DNA from: Oculina patagonica | Taxonomy: Eukaryota | NCBI RefSeq assembly: GCF_052425735.1 | Contig: NC_135767.1 | Coordinates: 14,570,001-14,634,000 of the forward strand | Reading direction: 5' to 3' | Length of the DNA stretch: 64,000 bases | In this document: one piece after another, positions 47,606 through 59,525 of the stretch | Numbering within the stretch: position 1 is the stretch's first letter | Layout of the letters: each line of letters opens with the position of its first letter | Notes under the pieces: model-generated | Seen by the model: only the letters and a program-made list of their open reading frames with translations | Databases searched by the model: none | Told to the model about the DNA's origin: nothing | Translations under genes and position numbers: made by a program

Positions 47606-48837
47606 ATTTTTGTAAGTCAACAGTATCGATCGATCCTTTGCACTTCGGCTTCGTTATCCGTTTTCCATGTGATAGTGCTCAATCTTTCAAGTTCACATGT
47701 ACACGAATGTGCCAATTGTATCTGAGGATTTTCTTACTGACAACGAGTTAACTTCTATCCCGGCGGTTTAAAGTACTAACCCAAACGGGAAATTTATTGA
47801 TACAAACGACACATTTATATCCTGAAAATCTTTTTGCTCGCAGTCCTGGCATTGCGTGTTCATCCGAAAGGACAATCATTACAAAATTTATTTCAATGAA
47901 ATCCTGTGTGAAAACGAGACATTTTTTTTTTCTTTCCAGACAAAACAAGACGTGGCCAATCTCCTCACCTTTTTCGTATAACGGCCCGGGTTGTAAATAA
48001 CGACTGACATTGACGTTAATTTGTTAAAATCACCAAAGAATGTCTATGAAGCGTCTTCAATAACAGGTTTTCCGACGGGTTGAGACATAAAGAAGAAGCA
48101 ATCAATCATGTTTACGTCATCACTGCTGTTTGGCCAAGAAGTTAAAAAAGATGTCAAACGTTAATTAACTCTGTATCTCAAAACGTCAGTCAATGTTTTT
48201 TTTATGAAGTGAGTGATGTTTTCATCTAAATATACCATTTAGTTATTTTCACTAAAGATATTTAAAGCTTTGCTATTTTTCTGGTACTTTTGGATAATTC
48301 TGTTTTCGTTTTCAACCATTTTAATTACAAAATTTGACCAGCAATGCAAAAACAATTAATTAAATGAAATTATATATTCGTCGATGACAGAAGAAAAAAT
48401 TGTTTGTTATCTTAATGTGACTTATAATATATTAAGTACATGGTGCATAAATTAGGCTAGGTTATAATATCGAACGTTATCTTTCTATTTTTAAATTTAA
48501 TAGATAGCAAGAAAAAGTTTTCGCAAGCCTCAACTGGAAAAATAAACGATTTTTTTAGTTTTGTCCAACTAACGGGAACGTACAATCAGAAGTATCGCTT
48601 CCTGCTCTAGGATCATTTTTTAAAAACATAAAATTGAAAAACTACAGGTACGTAGTTTGATGTTATAACGTGAGTAACGTTTGTAATAAAAACGGAAAGA
48701 TGTCAAAAGGACAACCAGGTGGTTTAAAACAGCCTTTATTAAAACACGATGAAATACTCCTTTTCGGTCTTTAAAATACCTGTTTTTGCTCATCATCAAA
48801 ATAAAAAGTTCTTTCTTTTTTGCAGTGTCGCTGGAAT

Positions 48838-49698
48838 ATGGAAACCTGGTTCTGGATTCTCGGCTGGTTTCTTTCCATCCTGACAATCACTGGAAATGGA
48901 TTCATCATCTTCATTGTATGCAGAAAACGGCAGCTTCGCACTAAAACCAACGCGTTCGTCGTTTCATTAGCAATAGCTGATTTCTTTATGGGGACGAGCG
49001 CGGTTCCTTCACTGTTCTTTTGTGAGATTGCGAATGGTTGCAACACGCAACGTCTGCTAGCTGACGGTATAGACTATATAAGGTGGCTGTTCATGTACGC
49101 ATCCACCGCGAACCTGTGTAGTTTAGTATTAGATCGCTTTATGGCTGTTGTGAAACCTTTACAGTACTTAACTTTTATGAAACGCCGCCGTGTCATTGAA
49201 ATGATCTCTTTATCTTGGGCAATCCCAGTTACCTTTGTCGTGTTCGTGTCATCACTTTGGCTTAGTTCAAAAAAGCCTACTATAAATACCATTTCTGGTT
49301 GGGTGTGTATGTTTTTTGAGTTTTTATCGTTTGGCGTTATAATCTTCTGCTTTGCATCTATGTTATTTGTTGTTTGCAAGCACGATCGATTCACCCGTAC
49401 TCTAGCCAAACAGCTACGCTTTAACCATCATGTTTTGATAAAAACTCAGGATAAGTCTGCAGTTAAAATGATGGCAGTTGTTATTGGTCTATTTCTTGTG
49501 AGCTACGGAATTGCTTTGCGTTGTAGTTTTGTTTATATCCTCAGTGATAATACACCATGTAATGATAACCAATTTAAAGTGCCCCTTTTGGTTTTTAACT
49601 CCGCTGTAAACCCTTTAGCTTATGCTGTCTTTAAGAGAGACATTAAGAAGGAGTTAAAAAGACTGATCTATTCTGTGACCTTTAAAAAGTGTAATTGA
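48838..49698 (+). CDS. Class A orphan GPCR, subfamily A (DRF variant)
   Basis: Intact ORF from METW; NSAVNPLAY; complete tail ending KKCN. Confidence 0.92.
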   Translation: METWFWILGWFLSILTITGNGFIIFIVCRKRQLRTKTNAFVVSLAIADFFMGTSAVPSLFFCEIANGCNTQRLLADGIDYIRWLFMYASTANLCSLVLDRFMAVVKPLQYLTFMKRRRVIEMISLSWAIPVTFVVFVSSLWLSSKKPTINTISGWVCMFFEFLSFGVIIFCFASMLFVVCKHDRFTRTLAKQLRFNHHVLIKTQDKSAVKMMAVVIGLFLVSYGIALRCSFVYILSDNTPCNDNQFKVPLLVFNSAVNPLAYAVFKRDIKKELKRLIYSVTFKKCN

Positions 49699-49985
49699 CT
49701 TGAACAACGTTAAATGTAAAACAAATTCGATCTTGTAGCAGAATTGTACGTCAGATTACTAATCAATTGGAACACCAAATGTAGAAAAAAAAAACAGTTT
49801 ACGTAAACTATATCGAACATTATAGCTTATATTTAAGTCACTGTCTTTTTTTTGCGCCATGCGACACTTAAGTCGCTAATTTAAACATAACAAGCGAGAA
49901 GTTTAATATTAAAAAAGAGATAGCAAGTCAGAATCTGACATATTCCTTTCTTTGCATGGGAATCAAAGTGATTAAATCAAAGTGA

Positions 49986-50104
49986 CTTTTTTACTTTAAT
50001 TTGTTTTATTTTACACAGGGCCCCCGTTGATACCAGTCCTGCGACTGAAGGGGTCACCCTGTTAAAATATCGATTATTATTTTTATTATTATTATTATTA
50101 TTAA
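49986..50104 (+). mobile_element. 3' end of an L2-like LINE/SINE (stem-loop + (ATT)n tail)
   Basis: CAGGGCCCCCGTTGATACCAGT..ACTGAAGGGGTCACCCTGTTAAAATATCG(ATT)n; absent at paralogous sites ~8955 and ~42585. Confidence 0.5.
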
Positions 50105-52540
50105 TGGCATGACTCGCTCTACCAGCAAATCGATGGCGATATGATACGCGAGGCGGCGTTACGAACAAAAGGCTCCGGTGGTCCCTCAGGCGTCGATGCA
50201 AACGGTTTCAAGCGAATTCTTGCTTGCAAATCATTCAAGAACTCGAGTGCAAACCTATGCGATGCCTTAGCTAAAATGGCAAGGAGGCTCAACACAGACT
50301 TTGTCGACCCTCGAACCATTGAGCCATTTCTAGCCAACAGGCTCATCCCTCTAGACAAAGGCGAAGGCGCGGTCCGCCCCATCGGTGTTGGTGAAGTCAT
50401 CAGGAGAGTGATTGGGAAATGTGTCATGAAGGTGACCAAACAAGATGTGATCGAGGCTAGTGGTTCGCTACAAGTCTGCGCAGGCCTCAAGAGTGGAAGC
50501 GAAGCCGCAGTCCACGCCATACACTCTATATTCGAAGCTGATGAGACGGATGCTGTACTCCTGATTGACGCCTCAAATGCATTCAATGCACTAAACAGAG
50601 CTGCTGCCCTCCACAATATTAGAGTACTCTGCCCACCTATTGCAACGTACGCTATCAATACGTATCGAGAACCAGCAAGATTATTCATAATCGGAGGGAA
50701 GGAGATCAAGTCTGCAGAGGGTACAACGCAAGGAGATCCTCTAGCGATGGGAATTTACGCCATCAGTCTACAACCTCTGATTACTCGTTTGGGGATTTCG
50801 AACGATTTGAAGCAGTGCTGGTTTGCCGATGACGCGAGTGGTGCAGGTTCATTGGAAGATATCAAGCGATGGTGGGATGTGCTGACTGAGGCAGGACCTG
50901 ATTTGGGGTATTACCCTAACGCCAAAAAGTGCTGGCTTATTACGAAACCCAACAAGAAGGACCATGCTAAAGCTATCTTCGAGGGGACTGCGATAAACAT
51001 CTCTACGCAGGGACAAAAACATCTAGGCGCCGCTCTAGGCTCTCGAGCTTATCTCGAAGAGTATGTCGATGGAAAGGTTGAGGAGTGGGTGAGCCAGGTG
51101 GTAAAGCTAGCCGAGTATGCCACATCAAACCCACAGGCGTGCTATGCGGCATTTACCTTCGGACTACGCCACCGCTGGACATATTTTCTCAGAACACTTC
51201 CTGATATAGAAGATCTATTAGAGCCCCTGGAGCGTGCTATTGCAGATTTACTAATACCATCAATCACTGATCACCACTGCACAAAAGAAGAGAGGGACCT
51301 AGTGGCACTTCCAGTGCGGCTAGGGGGGCTTGGACTTATTAATCCAAGCCAGGATGCAGCTTCCCAATTCAAGGTGTCAACCAAGATCACAGCGCCCCTA
51401 GTCGAGAAAATAATCGCACAGGATCATGAAACACCGGCTGATACTGCTGTCAAGACACTACAGCAGTGCGTGCGAAGAGAAACCAACGAAGCGCTTCAGA
51501 CTAGGCTTGGCAATGTCAGGGAGTCTCTACCTCAGAAGACACAACGAGCCATTGATCTCGCAACCGAGAAAGGTGCTTCTAACTGGCTCACGGTCCTCCC
51601 ATTAAAGGACATGGGCTACAACCTGAATAAAGGCGAGTTCCGAGATGCTGTAAAGCTCAGGTACGACTGGGAAATTGACGACAAGCCGACAGTGTGCGTG
51701 TGCGGTGACGCCTTTACAATCGATCATGCAATGATTTGTAGGAGAGGCGGATTCATAATTCAGCGCCATAATGAACTCCGTGACCTCGAGGCTGACTTGC
51801 TTAAGATGGTCTGTAATGATGTCGAAATAAAGCCCGTCCTTCAAGAACTGACTGGAGAGAGGCTACCAAGCGGCGCTAACACAACGCCAGATGCTCGCCT
51901 AGATATACATGCCCGGGGGTTTTGGGAGAAGCAGAGATCCGCGTTCTTTGATGTGAGGGTGTGTCACCCCAACGCGGATTCCTACATTGACCAAACCCCC
52001 AAGCAGATATACCGTAACCATGAGAATGAGAAGAAGAGGGCTTACGCAGACAGGGTTCTTCAAGTAGAACAGGGAACTTTCACTCCATTGGTGTTTACAT
52101 CCACCGGAGGAATGGGCGAGGAGTGCAAGAGGTATCACAGTAGGCTTGCAGAACTAATCGCCGCAAAGAAAGGGGAGGATTACGCAACAACGGTGTCTTG
52201 GATCAGATCAAAAGTCTCATTTGCGATCCTCCGATCCGCCTTAATCTGCCTAAGGGGATCAAGAACTGTAAAGAGAAACAGGAACATTGACATTTATGAT
52301 ATGGACTTTCAAGTAGAGAATTCTCGTACTGCAATTTAGATCGAATATTTTTTTTTTTTAATATATAGTTCTTCTTTTATTATTGCTCTCGAAGTCGCTT
52401 TTACTATTTTTCTACATTTTTAAAGACACTGTTTTTATTATTATGTAAATAATATGTTTATATATAAAGTTCTTATTCGAATAGTCAAATCATTGTAATT
52501 CTTTTAGAAATTGGTTAATAAAGTGTTTATAATAATTTAA
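50105..52540 (+). mobile_element. 5'-truncated CRE-clade non-LTR retrotransposon
   Basis: RT + CCHC + restriction-like endonuclease ORF; 3' UTR with AATAAA near 52517; flanked by TTTTT(ATT)nAA on both sides. Confidence 0.88.
50141..52339 (+). CDS. Reverse transcriptase with zinc knuckle and restriction-like endonuclease (N-terminally truncated)
   Basis: [70 protein letters not shown]. Confidence 0.93.
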   Translation: MIREAALRTKGSGGPSGVDANGFKRILACKSFKNSSANLCDALAKMARRLNTDFVDPRTIEPFLANRLIPLDKGEGAVRPIGVGEVIRRVIGKCVMKVTKQDVIEASGSLQVCAGLKSGSEAAVHAIHSIFEADETDAVLLIDASNAFNALNRAAALHNIRVLCPPIATYAINTYREPARLFIIGGKEIKSAEGTTQGDPLAMGIYAISLQPLITRLGISNDLKQCWFADDASGAGSLEDIKRWWDVLTEAGPDLGYYPNAKKCWLITKPNKKDHAKAIFEGTAINISTQGQKHLGAALGSRAYLEEYVDGKVEEWVSQVVKLAEYATSNPQACYAAFTFGLRHRWTYFLRTLPDIEDLLEPLERAIADLLIPSITDHHCTKEERDLVALPVRLGGLGLINPSQDAASQFKVSTKITAPLVEKIIAQDHETPADTAVKTLQQCVRRETNEALQTRLGNVRESLPQKTQRAIDLATEKGASNWLTVLPLKDMGYNLNKGEFRDAVKLRYDWEIDDKPTVCVCGDAFTIDHAMICRRGGFIIQRHNELRDLEADLLKMVCNDVEIKPVLQELTGERLPSGANTTPDARLDIHARGFWEKQRSAFFDVRVCHPNADSYIDQTPKQIYRNHENEKKRAYADRVLQVEQGTFTPLVFTSTGGMGEECKRYHSRLAELIAAKKGEDYATTVSWIRSKVSFAILRSALICLRGSRTVKRNRNIDIYDMDFQVENSRTAI

Positions 52541-52544
<4 letters not shown>

Positions 52545-52603
<59 letters not shown>
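52545..52603. repeat. (ATT)n microsatellite
   Basis: About 19 ATT units. Confidence 0.95.
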
Positions 52604-52605
<2 letters not shown>

Positions 52606-52996
52606 AACAGATGCCACCGTCTTTCTTCACTATTTCCTTTTTCAACCCTCTCAAAGTACTTAAACACATTATTCCTGTGTTAGAATTGTGTGAGAAGTTA
52701 TAAAAGAGTGGCTACTTGTTTTCCACATTATGTCACGAAACTTTCAGTTCACATGCATTAGGCGCAAGCTGCATATCAGAATTTTCATACGAGCAATTTT
52801 TTTGATGCCACTCGACGCTTTTCTTGTTGATAACAAGAAAGTATAAAAAAAGATAAGAAGCTTTATTAACGTGTCAATACCACATAGCTTGGGAAAATCC
52901 CATACACAAAATAAATAGTTCCAAAAAACATAGTTAATAGAGGGAAATGGTTATGAAGCCCGGCAAAGTTCTTTGTTATAGGTTTTGTTCGTTATT

Positions 52997-53293
52997 AGCC
53001 GTTTTTATACTATAGACGAGTTACCCGTCTGGACGAACTGCGGCAATTTTTTTTTTGCTCGTCTGGTTATGCGTCTCTAGTATAAAGACGGGCACAAGAC
53101 GAGTTACCCGTGTAGGAGAGCTACTTTTCGAAATACGTCTTGAAAGACGGATAACGAAAGGAAGCTCGTCTAGACGGGTACAGTAACTCGTCTTGTGCCC
53201 GTCTTTATACTAGAGACGCATAACCAGACGAGCAACAAAATTCTTGCCGAATCTGGTCTAGACGGATAGCTCGTCTCCAGTATAAAAACGGCC
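52997..53293. mobile_element. Harbinger-like MITE with internal palindromes
   Basis: TIR GCCGTTTTTATACT..AGTATAAAAACGGC; ATT on both sides; empty site in the inverted homolog near 47125. Confidence 0.72.
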
Positions 53294-54300
53294 ATTTTAG
53301 GGATTGATAGTGCACAAAACCTGACAGAATACAACAGGTGGCTACGTTTGTTTATGCAGCTAACCAATAAAAACATTGCGATGACATAACTAATGCATAG
53401 TGTATAATATGAGCGCAAAACGGAAGATGTTCACCGTCATGGACCTTCAAAACCTAAACCTTGGCTTATTTCTTTGCTTTTTTGATATTTACCGGGCTTC
53501 CTAACCACTTCCCTCTATTAACTATGCTTAAAAGACTATTAAAAAATATTAAAACTGTGTAAAATATCAAATAATAATATAAAAAAACTAACACAAATCT
53601 TACTAATAACAAGGTCTTTGCAAGTGATTGGTGGCCCGCCATTACTGCACATGAACACCAAATTCAATTTAGCGTACATCCGGCGGATCAGTAATAATAA
53701 TATAATTTCAAAATCGACTAATGTGAAATTATCTTAGCTTGTTTTTGAGTTAATAACATCAAACATCGGCCCTTTTGCCTCGATGGCTAATGGCTTGTTT
53801 GAAATTCGAATTGGTATTTATAAAAAAAAGTTGTTCTTGACAATAGTCTGTAGTGTACGCCAAAGATGAAATAGAGAGATTTGATGTAATGTTGTATTCA
53901 TTCGACGAGTTCACATGGCAGATGTTTTCCCCTTGTCTTTACAACGCCTCAAATCGATCCAAGTTTTTTACGAACTAAAAGTCAAATTTTGATTCAATGC
54001 CTAGTTTGACATTTCAGTGACGTGCGAACCAAAGAGATACCCAATATTTGCATGGTAATACGTAAAAATGAAATGATCGACAGCAGGTTTATTTACTCAG
54101 GTAGGTTTCGCCGTTTCCAATCATCTTTTTATGTTTTCTCCCCTTCCTCCCATTAACACATGACTCAATGCTGCATGTCCTGAAGCTAGTTTGCTGGGCC
54201 CCAATACCCTAACCGAACACAACACACCAATGTTGGAATTTAATGGCTATGAACAAAGGCCCATAACCGCTTCAATAAAATCATTGTTTTGAAATCATTT

Positions 54301-54704
54301 TTTTGTTGCATTACGGGTTGCGTGACATCATCCGGGAATATGCTGAGGAGTCATGGGACTAAATCAGAGGTCACCCTCTCTTGGGGCATGCGTTACTACA
54401 GTATCACACAGTTGGAACATGGAATAAAAGCAATATTTTTTTCTGGCCCAGTAAAGGTGAGGGCACTCAAAAACGAAGCCGCATAACAACAACCCAAAGC
54501 ATCGCTGAGAAGCCAAAAAGAGGGAAGGGTTTGGTGGGAAAAAAACACTCTTCACCGAGCAAATCAAAGAATGGAATGACGTGACAGCAATCGACTGTGT
54601 GATACTGTAGTAACGCATGCCCCAAGAGGAGGTGACCTCTGATTTAGTCCCATGACTCCTCAGCATATGCCCGGATGATGTCACGCAACCCGTAATGCAA
54701 CAAA
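54301..54704. repeat. Inverted repeat, ~110-bp arms with a ~180-bp spacer
   Basis: TTTGTTGCATTACGGGTTGCGTGACATCATCCGGG..CACACAGT vs ACTGTGTG..CCCGTAATGCAACAAAA. Confidence 0.9.
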
Positions 54705-56169
54705 ATAATTTACATGAGAATGGAAGGGAAAAAAACATAAAAATCCTATTCGCAAGCAAATATTCCATTTCTTCGTCTTTTTCAACTCTCTCAGAACACC
54801 ACAAAGCCCAACTCCTGCTGTAGTTTAGCGAGAGAAGCTAAGGAAGTGTTGCAAAATAAGAACAATTGAGTAATAAGTATTGTGCTACGATTGTGCAAAC
54901 GTTCTTTTTAATACATCGGTCCTTATTAGCAATAAATTGCCTCGTGGCATTGTCTAAGAGCTGTTGTTTAGCGTCCGAGAAGTGAAGCTGACAGATGCAC
55001 ATGGCAAAATAATATGACGTCAATGGTTTGAACACATCACGAGACTGGCAAACGATATTGGCTCTACGTACATTCTCGGCGCCAAAAATCACCGTTAGGC
55101 AGGCACATGGGAGGCGTTATCGTGTTAATGTTGCCATATTTTGTATAGATCATTTATTGCGAGATTTAGTGAAAACAGCAGGGCTGGTGCCGAAATTTTT
55201 GCATTGATTCCATCGGCCATGGTAAAGCACAAGTCTTTAGTAGAAAAGTTACTATTTTGAAAACAGCGGCCCGTTTATCGGTCTTAAAAGTTTTCGCACC
55301 CGAAAAGCCATGACAAAATCTCAAACTTTATTATTACAGAGCTGACTTTAATCTACATATTTTAAAAATGAACATAGGCTCCCATCATCCAGAGTCTCAG
55401 GTTTTGTTCACTTCTCTCCGTTTAAAGATAAAGATAAAGCCCGAAAAGTGTCCGAAAAGTGTCCGAGGTTTCGATAAACTGGACTCAGTACTTGTTCCTG
55501 GACCGTCCTCTCTTTTTTCTGAGTTTAAGGAATCGCAACATTTTTTTTGAGGCAGTGGACACTAAATTAACCGCTACCGAGATATACTAATGAACGAGGA
55601 GAAAAATCCAAATATACAAGTTTTGCTTATAATTGGGTGCACACTTCCTGTTCGGTCTTCCGTTGCCGAATATTCATTCTCCGACTTGCAAAAAATCAAG
55701 TCATATCTGATTTGCACTTGTGCACTTGCATCATGATCCCATATTGATGATGTCTGCTCAACCTTTGTTACAAACACAAAGAGAGGATGATCCAAGGGTG
55801 CATCCTCCTTGAACACTTGAATTAACGTACATGGTAAAAGGCCAATGAAATTGAAATTAAATCACGGTTATAATGTACAACTGCGACTGGTGGGGGAAGG
55901 GTTTGAGAACTATGCGGGGGAAGAAAATTTCAACAGTGTTTCCTGAATGAAAACAGTCTGGACACCCCCTCCCCACCCCCAAACCACAACCACAACCACA
56001 ACCTACATCCGCCTGGACCCGTAACTGTTTCCTTTTCCATGTGCATGCCACGTATTTATTACACGATGCAGTTCGACAACATTTTTTAATTGCCAAAAGG
56101 TGCCTGGTTAGATTCCAAGTTAAGCGTGCTTTTTTAATATAAATTAATAAGACAAGGATAGGGGCTAAA

Positions 56170-57033
56170 CTACTTGCATTTTTTTAAAATCACAAAATAG
56201 ATCAGTCTTTTACACTCTTTCTTTATGTCTCTCTTGAAGATGGCGTAAGCTAAAGGGTTGACAGCTGAGTTTAAAAGTACAATGGGCGTTTTATAATGAC
56301 GGTCATTACATGATTTCTGATTATGACTAGAAATGTGAACAAAAGAACAACGGAGTAGAAGTCCGTAACAAACAAGAAACAAGAATACAACAACTGCCAT
56401 CATTTTTACCGCAGATTTCCCACGAGGTCTAAAGAACACTTGGTGGTTGAAACGTAACTGTTTGGCTAATGTGCGGGCGGATTGATCGTGCTTGCAAACA
56501 ACAATTAACATGGATGTAAAGCAGAAGATTACAATAACACACAAGAGTAACTCAAAAGCTACATATAACCAGCCGTGAATATTCATGTCAAAAAGTGTTT
56601 TGGAAATATACTTTAGTGAGGATACAAGCACAGTAAATGTAATTGCAAAGGCCCAAGAGAAGAAAATCATTTGAATCACGCGGCGGCGTTTCATAAAAGT
56701 TAAGTATGTTAAAGGTCTCACAACGGCGATGTAGCGATCAAGTACTAAACTGCACAAGTTAATAGCAGATGCGTACGTAACCAACTCCAGCATAAAGGTT
56801 ATCACTTTGTAAAGTACACTCTTTAAGTTACATCCACTCCCCATGTTGCAGGAGAACAATAAAGGGACCAAGCTCATCCCAACACAGAAATCAGCCACTG
56901 CTAATGAAACGACGAACGCGTTAGTTTTGGTGCGAAGGAGACGATTTCTGCACACGATGAAAATAACAAATCCATTATCAGCCATCGTCAGGATGGAAAG
57001 AAACAAGCCAAGAATCCAGAACCAGGTTTCCAT
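56170..57033 (-). CDS. Class A orphan GPCR, subfamily B, inverted relative to the array (TM1 GN>DN)
   Basis: Intact 287-aa ORF with DRY and NSAVNPLAY. Confidence 0.92.
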   Translation of the reverse strand: METWFWILGLFLSILTMADNGFVIFIVCRNRLLRTKTNAFVVSLAVADFCVGMSLVPLLFSCNMGSGCNLKSVLYKVITFMLELVTYASAINLCSLVLDRYIAVVRPLTYLTFMKRRRVIQMIFFSWAFAITFTVLVSSLKYISKTLFDMNIHGWLYVAFELLLCVIVIFCFTSMLIVVCKHDQSARTLAKQLRFNHQVFFRPRGKSAVKMMAVVVFLFLVCYGLLLRCSFVHISSHNQKSCNDRHYKTPIVLLNSAVNPLAYAIFKRDIKKECKRLIYFVILKKCK

Positions 57034-59034
57034 ATCCCAACTACGCTGACGAGGGAAATCTTTTTTTCTATAGAAACAGGTACTTCAAGAGACCGAAAAA
57101 GCGTTATTTCATCGTGCTTTAATAAAAGCACTTTTGAGTTATCTCGTCCTATTGACGTCTTTCCAATTTTATTGCAAATTCTACCCACGTCTAGACCTCT
57201 AACTCAAGTGTTACTGTGAGTTGTTATGTAAAATAGCCATTTCATCAATTAACTGTCATCTGGGCATTGCCGGTCTAATTCGCATATTTCTTTACAAACA
57301 TAATAGAAACCTGAGGCAAATTCTTTAATTCTACATCGTTGGCAATTTTATTTCTTGTTTTTACCTCGAATAAAATGACACCTTTACACCTGAAAGGCAA
57401 ACAACCAACTACCTTCTTGGTCCTCACCGATCAATTTCGTTTTATTTTCTTATTATTTAAAAAGTACAAATTCTAAACTTAAAAGAAAAAAGGCACCTGG
57501 TGTACACTTTTATTTCCTGTTTGTATTCCAACGACAACATTTGACGACAGGTAATTAAAAAGGCCATTAATTGTTTCCTCTCTGGTTAAACTTTGTTATT
57601 TTTGTAGCGAAAATGTTTTTAAATCTGAAGCGAATCCCCATTAGACTGAAATTATAGCAAATGTTACATTTTTTAGTGAAAAAACTAAAAGATGTCAATA
57701 AAAGAGCAGTCTAATCAAACGTTGATCGATGTTTTGCGTTTCGAGATTGACATCTTTTGAACCGCTTTCTCGTCCTCTAGATCTTGGCCAATCATCTTTT
57801 GATGGTACATCCATCATGGATAGCTTTTTCTTTTATGACTGTATCTCAGTAACGGTGAGAGTATTTGTTATTGTAACAAACTGTCGCCGTTTTTAATGAA
57901 TCAGTCTTTATAAACAATAAATTGCGTCATCACATTGTCAAAAAGTTACAACTTCACGTCCGAGAGGGGAAGATGACAGACGCACGACAAATGTAAGCAA
58001 GTTGATTCTTTCGTCTCTTCTTTCCTCTTTTCTCTTTGTTCCTTTTCTTTAAATAACTTTTTCTTCTTTTCTTTTTTAGTTTTGTGTAGGTGACTAGACC
58101 CGAAAAAAGTTCCACTCAGCCAAATGGTCAGCGGGACTTCGAATCACGCAACCTGCGATGTTTCTTCCTATAAGCTATTGAAACATTAACCTACTCAAAA
58201 TTGTACGAATATTCTACACTTTATTAAGTATGAAATATATTGTCTTTTCCTGTTAGTAAAGCATTTAATTCGAAGCGAGTATTGAATACATAAAAAAGGA
58301 TTACGTCATTCATCGAACGTGTCGACTTCGCAACTTTCTCTTTGGCAGGGTGATAAATAAGATTCTGCTTCTTTTGAAATGTCATTTCGCCAGGAGCGAC
58401 AGCCAAGTCAGCCATCTTACTTGAAGCTATGACCAGTTAAAGGGTCTAACCACAAGGTAGACATAAGTATATCTGTTGTCTGTTCGGTATACATGCAGGG
58501 GCACCCAACGAACGATTTATGGCAAAATGCATTATATTACCCAAATGAATGAAAACAAATGATATAAAAGCATTTCTAGTTGTTTTTCGTTGCTGCTGGA
58601 AAAATATTTATCTGTTCCTTTTTCCCAGCGCGAGGCAGCATAAGGAATTTCCCAGCCAGCTGGATAGTAATTATGTTTCCCAGCCAAGAATGTTAAAAAA
58701 CAATTAATTAATTTTGATAATAAATACTGCTAATACCAATTATAATTTACAACTGGGTTCTTCAGAACTAGTCAGACATTGATGGAGAACCAGTCAAATC
58801 TTGTGTTTGTATGATTTTGGGCATATTCTGCTTCCTTGGGAACTATGTAGATTCTCCTTTCTTAGGCAATAATGACCGTAAAATCATTGCTGTTTCTCAG
58901 TCAGCGATGTGGGCCCAAATCATAATTACCAGCAACATGTATTAATTAAAATCAATAATAAAATTTCTTTATAGGATACACATAGGTGGTCTAACATGGG
59001 TAGTGCAAAAAATATACATATTTTCACATTTTTA

Positions 59035-59525
59035 TTATATAAACATCAATGAAATACCACCAAATCTTTCGAGCGAAAAAATCATATCTTCACACATGAG
59101 AATAACATGTTATCTTCACATGTGAAGATATCGATTTCGAAATGTTGTCTGACAAGTTTGCCCTGTTTCAATGCTGAATGAGCCAAAGTAAATCGATATT
59201 AATTCGAAACATCTTCGGATCTTTCTGGGCAATCTTCGGATATCTTCGGAATTTTTCGGCAAAGTTCGGGAATGTTCGGAAACATTCGTACGACCTTCGG
59301 ACAACATTTTGCAAATCTTCGGAAATCTTCGGAAAAACGTCAAAAACATCGTAGTTAGTAGGTTTATATAATAAACAGAATATTACATGGTTGCTTGGAG
59401 ATATGAAATTTATCTTCTCGTGTTCAAATCGATATCTCACGATATCGATTTGAACACTCGAAGATAAATTTCGAACACTCGAAGATAAATTTCATATCTC
59501 TGCGCAACCATGTAATATCCTCTAT
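59035..59525. mobile_element. Interspersed repeat with a TCTTCGGAAA-like 10-bp minisatellite and terminal hairpin
   Basis: 10-bp periodic TTCGGA units 59210-59335; ATATGAAATTTATCTT..AAGATAAATTTCATAT inverted repeat 59401-59497. Confidence 0.55.

Noticed and set aside
50119-52138. Minus-strand ORFs within the retrotransposon
   Set aside because: Antisense shadows of the RT ORF.
6404-57049. Recurrent antisense ORFs (SATANETTNALVLVRS..)
   Set aside because: Shadows of the conserved GPCR TM1-TM2 codons on the opposite strand.
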